NCBI GenBank assembly: GCA_963812015.1
Contig: CAWETI010000003.1
Location: 2,016,001-2,080,000, forward strand
DNA from: an uncultured delta proteobacterium
GTDB taxonomy: Bacteria; Desulfobacterota; Desulfobaccia; Desulfobaccales; 0-14-0-80-60-11
DNA: 64,000 nt
Direction: 5' to 3'
The translations under genes were made by a program, and so were the position numbers. Positions 30,381-39,991 of this stretch are shown one piece after another. The notes under the pieces are model-generated. The model saw nothing but the letters and a program-made list of their open reading frames with translations, had not been told where the DNA came from and ran no database searches. Each line of letters begins with the position of its first letter. Position 1 is the stretch's first letter.

Positions 30381-30483
30381 AAAAGCCTCACGCCAAGACG
30401 CCAAGAAAGGGCGGACCGGTGGGTCCGTCCTTCTAATGTGGCGCAGTCGCCTTCGCCTGCGCCAGACCACATTATTTAAAGAA

Positions 30484-30945
30484 ATGAAAAAATTTTTTTA
30501 TTTTATTATTATTGTTTTGATTGTGCATATCTTTGCATTACATACTGAGGGTTTTGATGTATTCAAGGAGTATGAGAAAGTAATTTGGATTAATCAACCC
30601 AAACAGGTTGGGATAGCCTACGAGGGAGGTAAAAAGCTTTTTGAATTCCCAATAGTAACTGGCGATGATGAAACTACAACTGACCCAGGAATATATGTTG
30701 TAAAATTAAAGGAAGATAATTACTATTCACACAAATACGACACGCCAATGCCTTATTCAATATTCTTCGATCTTAAAGAGCGAAAGGCGATTCATGAAGG
30801 CGAAGTGCCTCCGCCTGCTTTAAGAAAAGAATTAGCAACTCACGGATGTATCCATGTTGAACAGCCATATATCCACATGTTGTATGATTGGGCCGATGAA
30901 GAAAATACAGTTGTAGTAATTAGCGGATGGAGAACAGGTGATTAA
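30484..30945 (+). CDS. L,D-transpeptidase (YkuD) family protein, AT-rich
   Basis: Signal peptide, FPIVTG, MPYSIFF, AIH...THGCI catalytic His/Cys motif; DNA visibly AT-rich. Confidence 0.82.
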   Translation: MKKFFYFIIIVLIVHIFALHTEGFDVFKEYEKVIWINQPKQVGIAYEGGKKLFEFPIVTGDDETTTDPGIYVVKLKEDNYYSHKYDTPMPYSIFFDLKERKAIHEGEVPPPALRKELATHGCIHVEQPYIHMLYDWADEENTVVVISGWRTGD

Positions 30946-31271
30946 TTCACGTCAATTTATCTAGGTATTGTTCTTTTTGATGGAGAGAAATTATAGTAAA
31001 TAGCTTTTTAAAAGAATGATATAAATTTCAATAAAATGTGAAGTTAATAAAGCATAAGAAAGCTTTGCTCGGTGCCACATTCATTGCCACAATCTTTCAA
31101 TTAATAAAAATCAAATAGTAGCAAACATGGTTTCCATAATGGAACCTTCTTTCCGTGGGGTGATTCCCCAGTCTCTTGATTGAAGCAACCAAGCAAATCG
31201 AAAAATAGCTGTTCATTATTCACTTAAGGCTCCACCCCCCTCTCCCCTGCCCCCACCCCCCAAATTTCCCC

Positions 31272-31317
31272 TTGACAGCGCTATCAAGTTTGACTAATCT
31301 TGTGAAAAAATTAACAA
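31272..31317 (+). promoter_or_regulatory. Sigma70 promoter followed by a Rex-like operator
   Basis: TTGACA-17 bp-TAATCT, then TTGTGAA-AAAA-TTAACAA at 31300-31317. Confidence 0.68.
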
Positions 31318-31327
31318 GAGGTGGGTT

Positions 31328-32296
31328 ATGCTCTTTCCCGTGTCCGGCGTGGAAGTCAACCCGTTCATTCCGCCTCTCATCGCCCTGCTCGTCTCCACCT
31401 TCACCTCCATGGGCGGGGTCTCCGGGGCCTTCCTGTTGCTGCCCTTCCAGGTATCCATCCTCAACTTCACCAGCCCGGCGGTTTCTCCCACCAACCTGGT
31501 CTTCAACATCGTGGCCATCCCTTCCGGCGTCTACCGCTTCATCCGGGAGGGCCGGATGAACTGGCCGGTGACCTGGGTGGTGATCCTGGGGACCCTGCCG
31601 GGCATCTTCGCGGGGGCCTTCATCCGGGTTAACTGGATGCTGGACCCCAAAAATTTCAAGCTCTTCGTGGGCTGTGTGCTGCTGTATATCGGCCTGCGCC
31701 TGCTCTATGAGCAGACCCCCCGGGCCAAGCGCAAGAAGGGCAAGATTTTGGAGTTCGAGGCCCGGGTGCAGGAGCGCCTCAAAAAGGTCCTGGCGGAATC
31801 GGGCCATACCACCGGCCGGGGTCTGCCCGCGGCCGCCCGGGTCAAGACCGTGAACTGGAGTTTAAGAAGGGTCAGCTATGAGTTTTTAGGGGAGACCTTC
31901 ACCTTCAACGCTCCGGCCCTGTTCATCCTGGCCCTGGTGGTGGGGCTCATCGGCGGCACCTACGGCATCGGCGGCGGGGCCATCATCGCCCCCTTCCTGG
32001 CGGCCATCTTCGAGTTGCCCATCTACACCATCGCCGGCGCGGCCCTGATGGGGACCTTCCTCACCTCGGTGGCCGGGGTGGGGTTTTACTCCGTGATCGC
32101 GCCCTTCTACCCCAATATCGGGCCGGTGGCCCCGGACTGGGCCCTGGGGGCGTTGTTCGGGATCGGCGGGTTCTGCGGCATGTACATCGGGGCCCGCATC
32201 CAGAAGTTCTTCTCGGGCAAGGTCATCCGCATCGGCCTGGGCATCGTCATCTCGGGCCTGGCCCTGCGCTACATCGTGGGGTTCTTGATGAGTTGA
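31328..32296 (+). CDS. Sulfite exporter TauE/SafE family membrane protein
   Basis: GGVSGAFLLLP and YGIGGGAII repeats, multiple TM helices, RBS GAGGT. Confidence 0.85.
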   Translation: MLFPVSGVEVNPFIPPLIALLVSTFTSMGGVSGAFLLLPFQVSILNFTSPAVSPTNLVFNIVAIPSGVYRFIREGRMNWPVTWVVILGTLPGIFAGAFIRVNWMLDPKNFKLFVGCVLLYIGLRLLYEQTPRAKRKKGKILEFEARVQERLKKVLAESGHTTGRGLPAAARVKTVNWSLRRVSYEFLGETFTFNAPALFILALVVGLIGGTYGIGGGAIIAPFLAAIFELPIYTIAGAALMGTFLTSVAGVGFYSVIAPFYPNIGPVAPDWALGALFGIGGFCGMYIGARIQKFFSGKVIRIGLGIVISGLALRYIVGFLMS

Positions 32297-32464
32297 GCCT
32301 GAGCAGGTGGGGCTGTCCGCTGGAGGGGATAGGCGGGCCCCCCTAATAATTTTCCCTTGATCCGGCATGGGTTTCAATCTATCGGAACTGCCGGATTTCT
32401 CGCGGTACTCCGAATGACCCCTTTAAAACCCATAATTCCCGAAAACTGCACCCCGAAAACCGTC

Positions 32465-32977
32465 TTACCTCGCCCCTTCATGGCGCAGCAGCCAGAACTT
32501 GCGGTCCAAGCCCGAACTGTAGCCCCCCAGGGCGCCGTCGGCATTGATAACCCGGTGGCAGGGGATAATAATCGGGAGGGGGTTGACGGCGTTGGCCTGG
32601 CCCACGGCCCGGAAGGCCTTGGGGCTGCCCACCCGGCGGGCCAGTTCCCGGTAAGAGATGGTGGTCCCATAGGGAACTTTGCGGAGTTCCTGCCACACCC
32701 GGAGTTGGAAGGGGGTGCCGTGCAGATCCAGGCTGAAGGAAGTAAAATCGGGGGAGTGGCCGTCGAAATAGGCGGCCAGCTTCAGCCGGACGGCTTCCAT
32801 AAAGAGTCGCAGGTGGGGTGGGGGAGAACCTGGCGCCGCGGCGGAAGATGATCCTTCCCCGGCAAATTCCAAGGCGGTAAGGCCACGGTCCGAAAAAGAA
32901 AGCCGCAGCGGCCCCACAGGGGTTGCCGCCAGGTAAAAAACCCATTCCTTGGCCTGGTTCGGCGATTTTTTCCTCAT
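32465..32977 (-). CDS. ogt: Methylated-DNA--protein-cysteine methyltransferase
   Basis: GTPFQLRVW, RAVGQAN, NPLPIIIPCHRV. Confidence 0.93.
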   Translation of the reverse strand: MRKKSPNQAKEWVFYLAATPVGPLRLSFSDRGLTALEFAGEGSSSAAAPGSPPPHLRLFMEAVRLKLAAYFDGHSPDFTSFSLDLHGTPFQLRVWQELRKVPYGTTISYRELARRVGSPKAFRAVGQANAVNPLPIIIPCHRVINADGALGGYSSGLDRKFWLLRHEGAR

Positions 32978-33031
32978 CTGATCCTCCTATGGCTTACCCC
33001 AGCACCGGCGTAAGCTGGCGTAGCTTTTTCT

Positions 33032-33102
33032 TAAGGGGTTGGGGATGGGGGTTTTGGGGGAAGGGGCCTCTTACGAAAAAGCCCCTAGCCCCTTCCCCCA
33101 AC
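33032..33102. repeat. Dispersed repeat family of about 70-95 bp, copy A
   Basis: Closely similar to the reverse complement of 49189-49263 and similar to 62668-62761. Confidence 0.8.
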
Positions 33103-33104
33103 AA

Positions 33105-35639
33105 CTACAACCTCCCCAAACACTTTTTCAGCCGCCAGCGCCGCCACCAGCGCAGCAGGGAATGGGGCGGCGGCTGGGACTTGGTCTGTTGCCACTTCGG
33201 GTTGAACGGCAGGTCCAACACGTGCAGGGTGGGGTGCCCCGTCTTGGCCAGGCGGGCCCGGCAAGAGGCGCAGTAGGTGACCAGGTCCCGGGTGGCCTCG
33301 GACAGGCGGAACTCCGTCATTTTCTTGGCAAGCATTGGCGCCACCGCGGGCACCATGCCCCCGGAGCCGCAGCAGATGCTGCGCTCCCGGTTGTGGTCCA
33401 TCTCCTCCACGGTGTGGCCCAGGTCCCTGACCAGGCGGCGCACCGCCTCATGAATCTGGGGGGCCTGGCGGGCGCCGCAGGCATCTTGTATGTTAAAGAT
33501 TGCCGCCGCAGTGCTTGAAGCTCCGTCGGGCAGACCCACCTCGTTCAGCACCTCGTAGATCGTCCGGGTTTTGAACTCCGGGAGAAACTCCGTCAGCATC
33601 TGGTAACAATGGGTGCAGGCCACGATGATTTCCCGGGCCCCCAACTTCGCCATCTCCCCGGCCACATTCCGGATGACCCGGAGCATCACGTCCGTCTCCC
33701 CCATGAAATAGCTGGGGGCGCCGCAGCAGTTGAGCATGATCCCCGTATCCGGCAGCCTCCGGCGCACATACGCGTAGACCGCTTTCACCACTTCGGTGGC
33801 GTGACCCGCCAGGGAGCAGCCCGGGAAGAAAACCCGGGCCGCCTTGCCGGTGGCCGGGTCCGGCCGGCTCAAGGCAAAGGTGGGGGAAGCGCCCCACTTG
33901 ACGTAGTTCTGGATGCCCTTATGGGGAGGCAACGGCCCCTGGCCCCGGGCCACCAGGGCTTCCCGGGTCGCCAGGCAAGGCTGGCCGGCGTGGAGGTCTT
34001 TGGGGCAGACCGCCTGGCAGAGCCCGCAGTAATGGCAGGAATAGGGGATCAGGGGATCAGCCAGGCCTCGCTCCGCCAGGAGATGGACCAACTCTTTTTC
34101 CGTGTGGGGAAACTGGTGCACATAGTGCTGGAGAAAGGTACAATTGGTAACGCACCGGGAGCAGGCGCAACTCAGGCAGCGATGAGCTTCGGTCCGGGCC
34201 GCAGCTTCGGTAAAACCCAGTTCCACTTCGGCGTCCGGTTGGGCCGTCCGGGCCCCCAGGCCGAGATCAGGCATGGCCTGGCGGGAGGTGACGGCGGCGC
34301 CACTGGTATCCACGATGAGATTGGTGGTGCGGCTGACCAGGGGGGGTGGGGCTACGGGCCAGGGCTCTCCGGAGAGGGAGCAGTGGATGGCCAGGGCGGC
34401 CCGGCGGCCGGCGGCAAAGGCCTCCACCGCACTCTTCGGCCCGGAGACCAGATCGCCGCCCGCAAAAACTCCCGGAATTTTGGTCTTCAGCGTTTCCGGG
34501 TCCGCCTCCAGCCGGAAGATGGTCGCGGTGTCAAAGGCCAGGCCGGGTCCGAAAAAGCTAAAGTCCGCAGTCTGGCCCACCGCGGGGATCAGGAAGTCCA
34601 CCTCCAGGGTGAACTCGGAGCCGGGGAGCGGCACCGGGCAACAACGGCCTCGCGCGTCGAGGTCTCCCAATTCGGTCTTTTGGGCCACCAAACCCCGAAC
34701 CCGGCCATCCCCCAGGAGGCGCACCGGCTGAGTGAGGAAATGGAACTGAATGCCTTCCCGGCGGGCCTCCTCCACCTCCGCGGCCAGGGCCGGCATGAGG
34801 TCAAGGGTGCGGCGGTAGAGGACATGCACTATTTCGGCCCCGGCCCGCCAGGCGGCGCGGGCCGCGTCCACTGCGGCGTTGCCGCCCCCGATGACGGCCA
34901 CCCGGCGGCCCACCTCCGGCGGCGTCCCGACATTGACGGCCTTTAAGAAACTGATCCCGTCCATCACCCCGGCCAGGTCTTCCCCGGGAATCTGAAGACT
35001 GAGGCTCTTGTGGCTTCCCAGGGCCAGGAAGACCGCGGCAAAATCCCGGCGTAGGTCTTCCAGGTGGACATCCCGGCCCAGCCGGGTGCGGAGCTTAACG
35101 AGCGCCCCCAACTTTTCCACCACGCTCACCTCCCGGGCCAGGACCTCCCGGGGCAGGCGATACGGTGGAATGTAGATGCCCAGAGCCCCGCCCAGAAATG
35201 GTTCCGCCTCGAAGAGGGTGACGGGGTAGCCGAAGCGGCGCAGGTCATAAGCGGCCATGAGCCCCGCCGGGCCGCCGCCCACCACCGCGATACGCTGCGG
35301 CCGGTCCGGCCCCGGAGTGACGTTGAGGACGGCGCCGGGGTCCAGATCTGCCAAGCAGCGTTTGAGGCCGGCGATGGCAATGGGCTGGTCCAGGGAGTTG
35401 CGGGTGCAGGCCGCCTCACAGGGATGGGTGCAGATGCGGCCCAGGATGCCGGGAAAGGGGCAGCGCTCCAGAACCACGGCCAGGGCCGCGGCCAGGTCGC
35501 CTTGCTGCATAAACCGAAGTTTCTCCCGCACCCGGATGTCTAAAGGGCAGGCGGCCTGGCAGGGGGGCGGCTCCTCGCCGATGCACTCTGATAGGATCTT
35601 GTCGGACCAGTTGACCTTCGGATTGTCTTTATTGATCAT
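33105..35639 (-). CDS. GltD/SudA-like FAD/NAD(P) oxidoreductase fused to a ferredoxin and CCG (HdrD/GlpC-like) domains
   Basis: PCQAACP, GRICTHPCE, VGGGPAG, IGGGNAAVD, FAGGD, EAHRCL; then CHYCGLCQAVCP, FPGC, CCG, DACG, CCGSGG, TYCASC. Confidence 0.85.
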   Translation of the reverse strand: MINKDNPKVNWSDKILSECIGEEPPPCQAACPLDIRVREKLRFMQQGDLAAALAVVLERCPFPGILGRICTHPCEAACTRNSLDQPIAIAGLKRCLADLDPGAVLNVTPGPDRPQRIAVVGGGPAGLMAAYDLRRFGYPVTLFEAEPFLGGALGIYIPPYRLPREVLAREVSVVEKLGALVKLRTRLGRDVHLEDLRRDFAAVFLALGSHKSLSLQIPGEDLAGVMDGISFLKAVNVGTPPEVGRRVAVIGGGNAAVDAARAAWRAGAEIVHVLYRRTLDLMPALAAEVEEARREGIQFHFLTQPVRLLGDGRVRGLVAQKTELGDLDARGRCCPVPLPGSEFTLEVDFLIPAVGQTADFSFFGPGLAFDTATIFRLEADPETLKTKIPGVFAGGDLVSGPKSAVEAFAAGRRAALAIHCSLSGEPWPVAPPPLVSRTTNLIVDTSGAAVTSRQAMPDLGLGARTAQPDAEVELGFTEAAARTEAHRCLSCACSRCVTNCTFLQHYVHQFPHTEKELVHLLAERGLADPLIPYSCHYCGLCQAVCPKDLHAGQPCLATREALVARGQGPLPPHKGIQNYVKWGASPTFALSRPDPATGKAARVFFPGCSLAGHATEVVKAVYAYVRRRLPDTGIMLNCCGAPSYFMGETDVMLRVIRNVAGEMAKLGAREIIVACTHCYQMLTEFLPEFKTRTIYEVLNEVGLPDGASSTAAAIFNIQDACGARQAPQIHEAVRRLVRDLGHTVEEMDHNRERSICCGSGGMVPAVAPMLAKKMTEFRLSEATRDLVTYCASCRARLAKTGHPTLHVLDLPFNPKWQQTKSQPPPHSLLRWWRRWRLKKCLGRL

Positions 35640-35741
35640 TTGATCGGGTTTTAAATGGCCGGGCGATTTTATGAAAGCAACTCGCCCCGGGCAGCATGGG
35701 GCAAGGCAGCGCGAAGGCCATCACGATGTGGGGAGACAGGC

Positions 35742-36308
35742 TCACTCAGGGCGCCGGTTTTCTTTTGCAAAAATCTGGGTAGCGTAAAGCGCTTTGCTCT
35801 GGGCCGCCACCCCCACCCCCATATGGGTAAAGTTGGGGTCGAGCACATTCCTGCGGTGTCCCGGAGAAGTCATCCAGCCGTCTACGATGAGACGGGCCTG
35901 AGTCTTGACGTCGACGGAATAATCAAACCTGTTGCCCATGTAAATATTCTCACCAACCCGGGACATGGTCCTGAAAGACGCCGGCTCTTCCTCCTGCACA
36001 CGGTCTTTAAAGGTTTTTCCCTCAGGACTCGTGTGGCTGAAGTAGTTGTTTTTGAGCATGTCGTCACTTTTATGCTGAGCCATGACCGCCAAGCTAGTAT
36101 CCCAATCAACGGGGGGCAGGCCATTTTTCCGCCGTGCCTCGTTAGTAAGCTTAAAGATGAGCCGTTCCAAGCCTTTAGGATGCTGGATGCCACTTGCCCT
36201 GGACAAAGCCCCCGATTTGGTTCTTACCTGTCCCCAAGCCAAGGGCAGATGGAACAAGGCCACCAAAACCACCGCCAGGGCCGCAATCCATTTCATGTTG
36301 GACTTCAT
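35742..36308 (-). CDS. Secreted CAP (SCP-like) domain protein
   Basis: Signal peptide, TNEARRKNGL, FSHTSP, GENI, WMTSPGHRRN; RBS GGAGG. Confidence 0.88.
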   Translation of the reverse strand: MKSNMKWIAALAVVLVALFHLPLAWGQVRTKSGALSRASGIQHPKGLERLIFKLTNEARRKNGLPPVDWDTSLAVMAQHKSDDMLKNNYFSHTSPEGKTFKDRVQEEEPASFRTMSRVGENIYMGNRFDYSVDVKTQARLIVDGWMTSPGHRRNVLDPNFTHMGVGVAAQSKALYATQIFAKENRRPE

Positions 36309-36517
36309 CCGGGACCTCCCCGCCAAAGGTCTAAGCTCCTATTTTGAATTATACCTTCATCAAGGTCTTCCATAAAGAGTTTTGGCTGAGGTCCGGGTGC
36401 AAGCCGAATGACGCGCCGCGGCATATGCCGGAGGGAGGAACAACGACGGGTCAGCAGGCATGCCAGGGAAACCGCAGGCTTCCTGGATTTGGCACGGTCG
36501 CCTTCCCGAAACGAACG

Positions 36518-36565
36518 TGGGGGAGGACGGGTCCATTGCAACCGAGATGGCCCCATCCTCCCCCA
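36518..36565 (-). terminator. Hairpin after the molybdoenzyme operon, probable terminator
   Basis: TGGGGGAGGACGGGTCCAT / ATGGCCCCATCCTCCCCCA inverted repeat; T-tract is weak. Confidence 0.5.
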
Positions 36566-36583
36566 AAAACCTTAGCACGTATT

Positions 36584-39500
36584 TCAGAGCTTGACAAACT
36601 CCTGGGCGCGCTGTTCCCGGGCGCAGGCGGAACAGAGGCGGCGCAGCACCTGCTTGCCCATTACCGTGTCGCTGTGAGAACTGACATATCCCAGGTAGCG
36701 AGCCGGCGGCAGGGGGTTGCCGCAGCCCTGGCACCTGTGGACTTCCAGTTCATTCAAAACCGTGCCGCAAAGACGGACTTCCCGGTGGTCCGGGCCTTCG
36801 ATATAGTCGATGGCGCCGGTGGGGCAAGTCAGGGCGCAGGCGCCGCAGGCAATGCAGCGTTCCTGGGCCCGCCCATAATCGCTGAGCATCCGTTCGGTGG
36901 TGCTGATCTGGGTGAATTTCAAGGCATAGACCTGCATCGTATCCCGGCAAACCCGCTCGCAGGCCCCGCAGCGGATACAGATGTCACAACGGAGACAGCG
37001 TTGGGCCTCTTTTTGGGCCTGCTCCGGGGTGTAGTCCAGTTCCACCCGGTCGAAATTGGTGCGGCGCTGCTCCATGTCCAGAAAGGGCGTGGGCACCCGG
37101 TGATTGCTGATTTTGGTCTCCGCCGGGATGGCCAGAAACGGCACTCTCCGGCGTTTCTGGGTGGTGACGGTGGGGGGCAAACCGGCAGCCCCGGTCAGGT
37201 AATAGTCAATATCCAGGGCCCCCTGTTTGCCCGCGGCAATGGCCTCCACCGCGGTGGCGGGGCCAGTCACCGCGTCGCCGCCCGCGAATATGTCCGTGAC
37301 GTTGGTCCGGGTGTTCCCCCGATCGGTGATGATGGTGCACCAGGGGCTGGTATTGACCGGTGGGGCGGGGAAGGGACAGAGGTCGGGCTGTTGGCCGATG
37401 GCGGTGATCACCGCCTCCACATCCAGGCGGAAGTTGCTGTCCGGAATGCTGATGGGGCGACGGCGGCCGCTGGCGTCGGGCCGGCCCAACTCGGCCTGGA
37501 GACATTCCAAGTACCGGACCTGACCGGGTTCGCCCCCGACCTTGATGGGCACCGTGAGGAAATGGATCTGGACCCCTTCCTCCAGGGCCTGTTCCACTTC
37601 TTCGGGATGGGCCGGCATCTCTTTTCGGGTCCGGCGGTAGGACACGTGGACTTCTTTGCAGCCCAGGCGGACACAGGTGCGGGCCGCGTCCATGGCGGCG
37701 TTGCCGCCCCCGATGATCACCACTTGGTCAAAGGGCCGTCGCTTGTCCCCCAGGTTCACTTTCCTGAGGAAGGTGATGACGTCAAAGACCTGGGGAAAGT
37801 CGTCTTCCCCCTCGATCTTTAGCTTGTAGCCCAGGTGGGCCCCGATTCCCAGGAAAAAGGCTTCAAAGCCCTGGCTCCGCAATTCGTCCAGGGTGACGTC
37901 GGTCCCCACGGTAACCCCGGTTTTGATCTCCACCCCCAGGGAGCGGATGAGCTCGATTTCCTTGCGCACCACCTCCCGGGGCAGGCGATATTCGGGGATA
38001 CCGGCCACAAAAAGGCCCCCGGCCTCGGGCATGGCTTCAAAAATGGTCACCTGGTAGCCCTTCAGGGCCAGGTAATGGGCGCAGGCCATCCCGGCGGGGC
38101 CCGAGCCGATGATGGCGACCTTGCGGCCATTGGCCGGGCCCGGTTTGAGGGGCAGATATTCGCCGTGGCGGGTGGCATAGTCGGCCACAAAGGCCTTGAG
38201 GTACTTGATGTTTAGAGGTTCGTCCAGGTGGCCCCGGACGCAGGCCCGTTCGCAGGGGTGCGGGCAGATAAGACCACAGACCCAGGGGAAGGGGTTGTCC
38301 TGGCGAATCACCTCCAGGGCCTCGACGAAGCGCCCCTGCCCCACCAGGGCCATGTAGCTGGGGATGTCGATGCCCGCAGGGCAGGCCATATGGCAAGGGG
38401 CAGGCAGAAGCTTGGCGCAGACCCGGGCCGGACAGTTTTTGTTGTCCGTGTGCATCCGGTATTCATCCGGGAAATATTGGAGGGAGGTGAGAATGGGGTT
38501 GACCGCCTGGCGCCCCAGGTGGCAGGAACCCTTGAGCCTCAAGCGCTCGCAGACCGTCTTCAGCTCCTCCAGGGTGTCCCCGGTGGCTTCGCCTCCGGCG
38601 ATTTCGGCCAGCAAATCCCGGATACGGATGAGGAACTGATGGCAGGTGGGGCATTGGGCCCCGGGTTGATCCAGGAGAAAGTCGATCTGCTGGCGCACCA
38701 GGGAGACGATGCAATCCTTCTCATCCAGGACCTGAATGGTTCCCAGAGCCAGGGAGGCCCCCAGTTCCCGGAAGGTCTCGTGGCCCAGGGCCACCTGGAG
38801 GAAATTGGGGGGAAAGACGCCGCCCAGGGTGCCGCCCACCAGGATGGCCTTGGGGGTCCGGCCGTGGCGGAAGCCCCCGCCCACCCCGTTGATCACATCA
38901 CCCAGGGTGGTGGACAGGGGCACCTCCACAAACCCGGGCTGCTCCACCGCCCCCATGAGGCGGAAGATCATGGTGCCAGGGGCGCAGGAAATCCCCAGTT
39001 TCCGGAACCAGGAGACCGGGGTCTGGGCGATGAAGGGTAAAGCGGCGATGGTCCCCAGCCCGTGGAACAGAAAGGTGGGGTTGGGGTACTTTTTCCAAAA
39101 GGACGTCGGCAGGGTGGTGTGGAGGTACTGGCTGAACAGGTCCTCATCTTCCACCAAAAAGCGGGGTTCGCTGGCGACGATCTCCAGATGGACGGGCTTA
39201 TGGACCGGAGGCAGGATGTTGCTCTGGAGCAGCTTATCCCAACAATAGCGTAAGCGTTCCCGGGCCAGGGTGGCCTCGGCGGGCAGATAGACGATCACCG
39301 CCTCGGCCTGGAGGGTGTTGACCGCCAGCAGGATGCCCTCGATCACCTGGTGGGGCACGCCTTCCAGCAACAGCATCTCGGCGGTGGCCTGGGGATAAGG
39401 CGGCGCGGCGTTTACCACCAGGATGGGACGCTGGTTTTCCACCCGCAGCTCACACCAGGTGGGGCCGAAGGCCGTGCTGGTGGTTCGGGAAAATTCACAG

Positions 39501-39979
39501 AACCCCGCGGCCACCACTTTCTGGAGGAAGGAGTCAAACCCCTGGCTGTAAAAGGATCGGAGGGCTTTGTAGCCGTCGTAATCCTGGTATTCTTCCAGGC
39601 ACTGGGGGTCGATCTTGCCCAACAGCTCGGAAACGTGCATCTTCTGGGTTTCAAAGTAGGCCTCATAATCCTTGCCCACCACCCAGCGCCGGACGGGCCG
39701 GTGTTCGTCCAGGTGGCTCTGGATGATCCGGGGGACCATGTCGGGGGTGACCAGTTCGTACAGGCTGGAGGCGCCTTCATAGCGCATCTCCACCATGACG
39801 TCCCGGCCCTCGATGCCCCGCCAACCCACCAGTTGGACATCCAGGGGGCCCAGCTCATCGAAAGCCCGCTGTTTCAAGGTATCGATGAAGGCCTGGCGCA
39901 CGGCTTCGGCCTCTTCGATGGCTTTGCCGGGGAAGGTGAAGATATTCACCTGGAGCAGAGGGTATTGGCTGGCGATCAT
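36584..39979 (-). CDS. Fusion protein: degenerate HydB/NuoF-like module, GltD/SudA-like FAD/NAD(P)H module, ferredoxins
   Basis: N-terminal half follows the HydB scaffold (IDP...GYKAL, LEGVPHQVIEG, VEVP, NPILTSL, CPARVC). C-terminal half has PCHMACP, IGSGPAG, IGGGNAAMD, FAGGD and Cx2Cx2Cx3C clusters. Confidence 0.85.
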   Translation of the reverse strand: MIASQYPLLQVNIFTFPGKAIEEAEAVRQAFIDTLKQRAFDELGPLDVQLVGWRGIEGRDVMVEMRYEGASSLYELVTPDMVPRIIQSHLDEHRPVRRWVVGKDYEAYFETQKMHVSELLGKIDPQCLEEYQDYDGYKALRSFYSQGFDSFLQKVVAAGFCEFSRTTSTAFGPTWCELRVENQRPILVVNAAPPYPQATAEMLLLEGVPHQVIEGILLAVNTLQAEAVIVYLPAEATLARERLRYCWDKLLQSNILPPVHKPVHLEIVASEPRFLVEDEDLFSQYLHTTLPTSFWKKYPNPTFLFHGLGTIAALPFIAQTPVSWFRKLGISCAPGTMIFRLMGAVEQPGFVEVPLSTTLGDVINGVGGGFRHGRTPKAILVGGTLGGVFPPNFLQVALGHETFRELGASLALGTIQVLDEKDCIVSLVRQQIDFLLDQPGAQCPTCHQFLIRIRDLLAEIAGGEATGDTLEELKTVCERLRLKGSCHLGRQAVNPILTSLQYFPDEYRMHTDNKNCPARVCAKLLPAPCHMACPAGIDIPSYMALVGQGRFVEALEVIRQDNPFPWVCGLICPHPCERACVRGHLDEPLNIKYLKAFVADYATRHGEYLPLKPGPANGRKVAIIGSGPAGMACAHYLALKGYQVTIFEAMPEAGGLFVAGIPEYRLPREVVRKEIELIRSLGVEIKTGVTVGTDVTLDELRSQGFEAFFLGIGAHLGYKLKIEGEDDFPQVFDVITFLRKVNLGDKRRPFDQVVIIGGGNAAMDAARTCVRLGCKEVHVSYRRTRKEMPAHPEEVEQALEEGVQIHFLTVPIKVGGEPGQVRYLECLQAELGRPDASGRRRPISIPDSNFRLDVEAVITAIGQQPDLCPFPAPPVNTSPWCTIITDRGNTRTNVTDIFAGGDAVTGPATAVEAIAAGKQGALDIDYYLTGAAGLPPTVTTQKRRRVPFLAIPAETKISNHRVPTPFLDMEQRRTNFDRVELDYTPEQAQKEAQRCLRCDICIRCGACERVCRDTMQVYALKFTQISTTERMLSDYGRAQERCIACGACALTCPTGAIDYIEGPDHREVRLCGTVLNELEVHRCQGCGNPLPPARYLGYVSSHSDTVMGKQVLRRLCSACAREQRAQEFVKL

Positions 39980-39991
39980 CGGCAGAATCTC

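Noticed and set aside
36390..36500. Moco-riboswitch-like GGGAAACC...GCTTCC stretch and a TTGGCACG -24 element
   Set aside because: Both are on the plus strand with no downstream plus-strand gene, the resemblance is partial, and there is no -12 GC. An Rfam scan would settle it.
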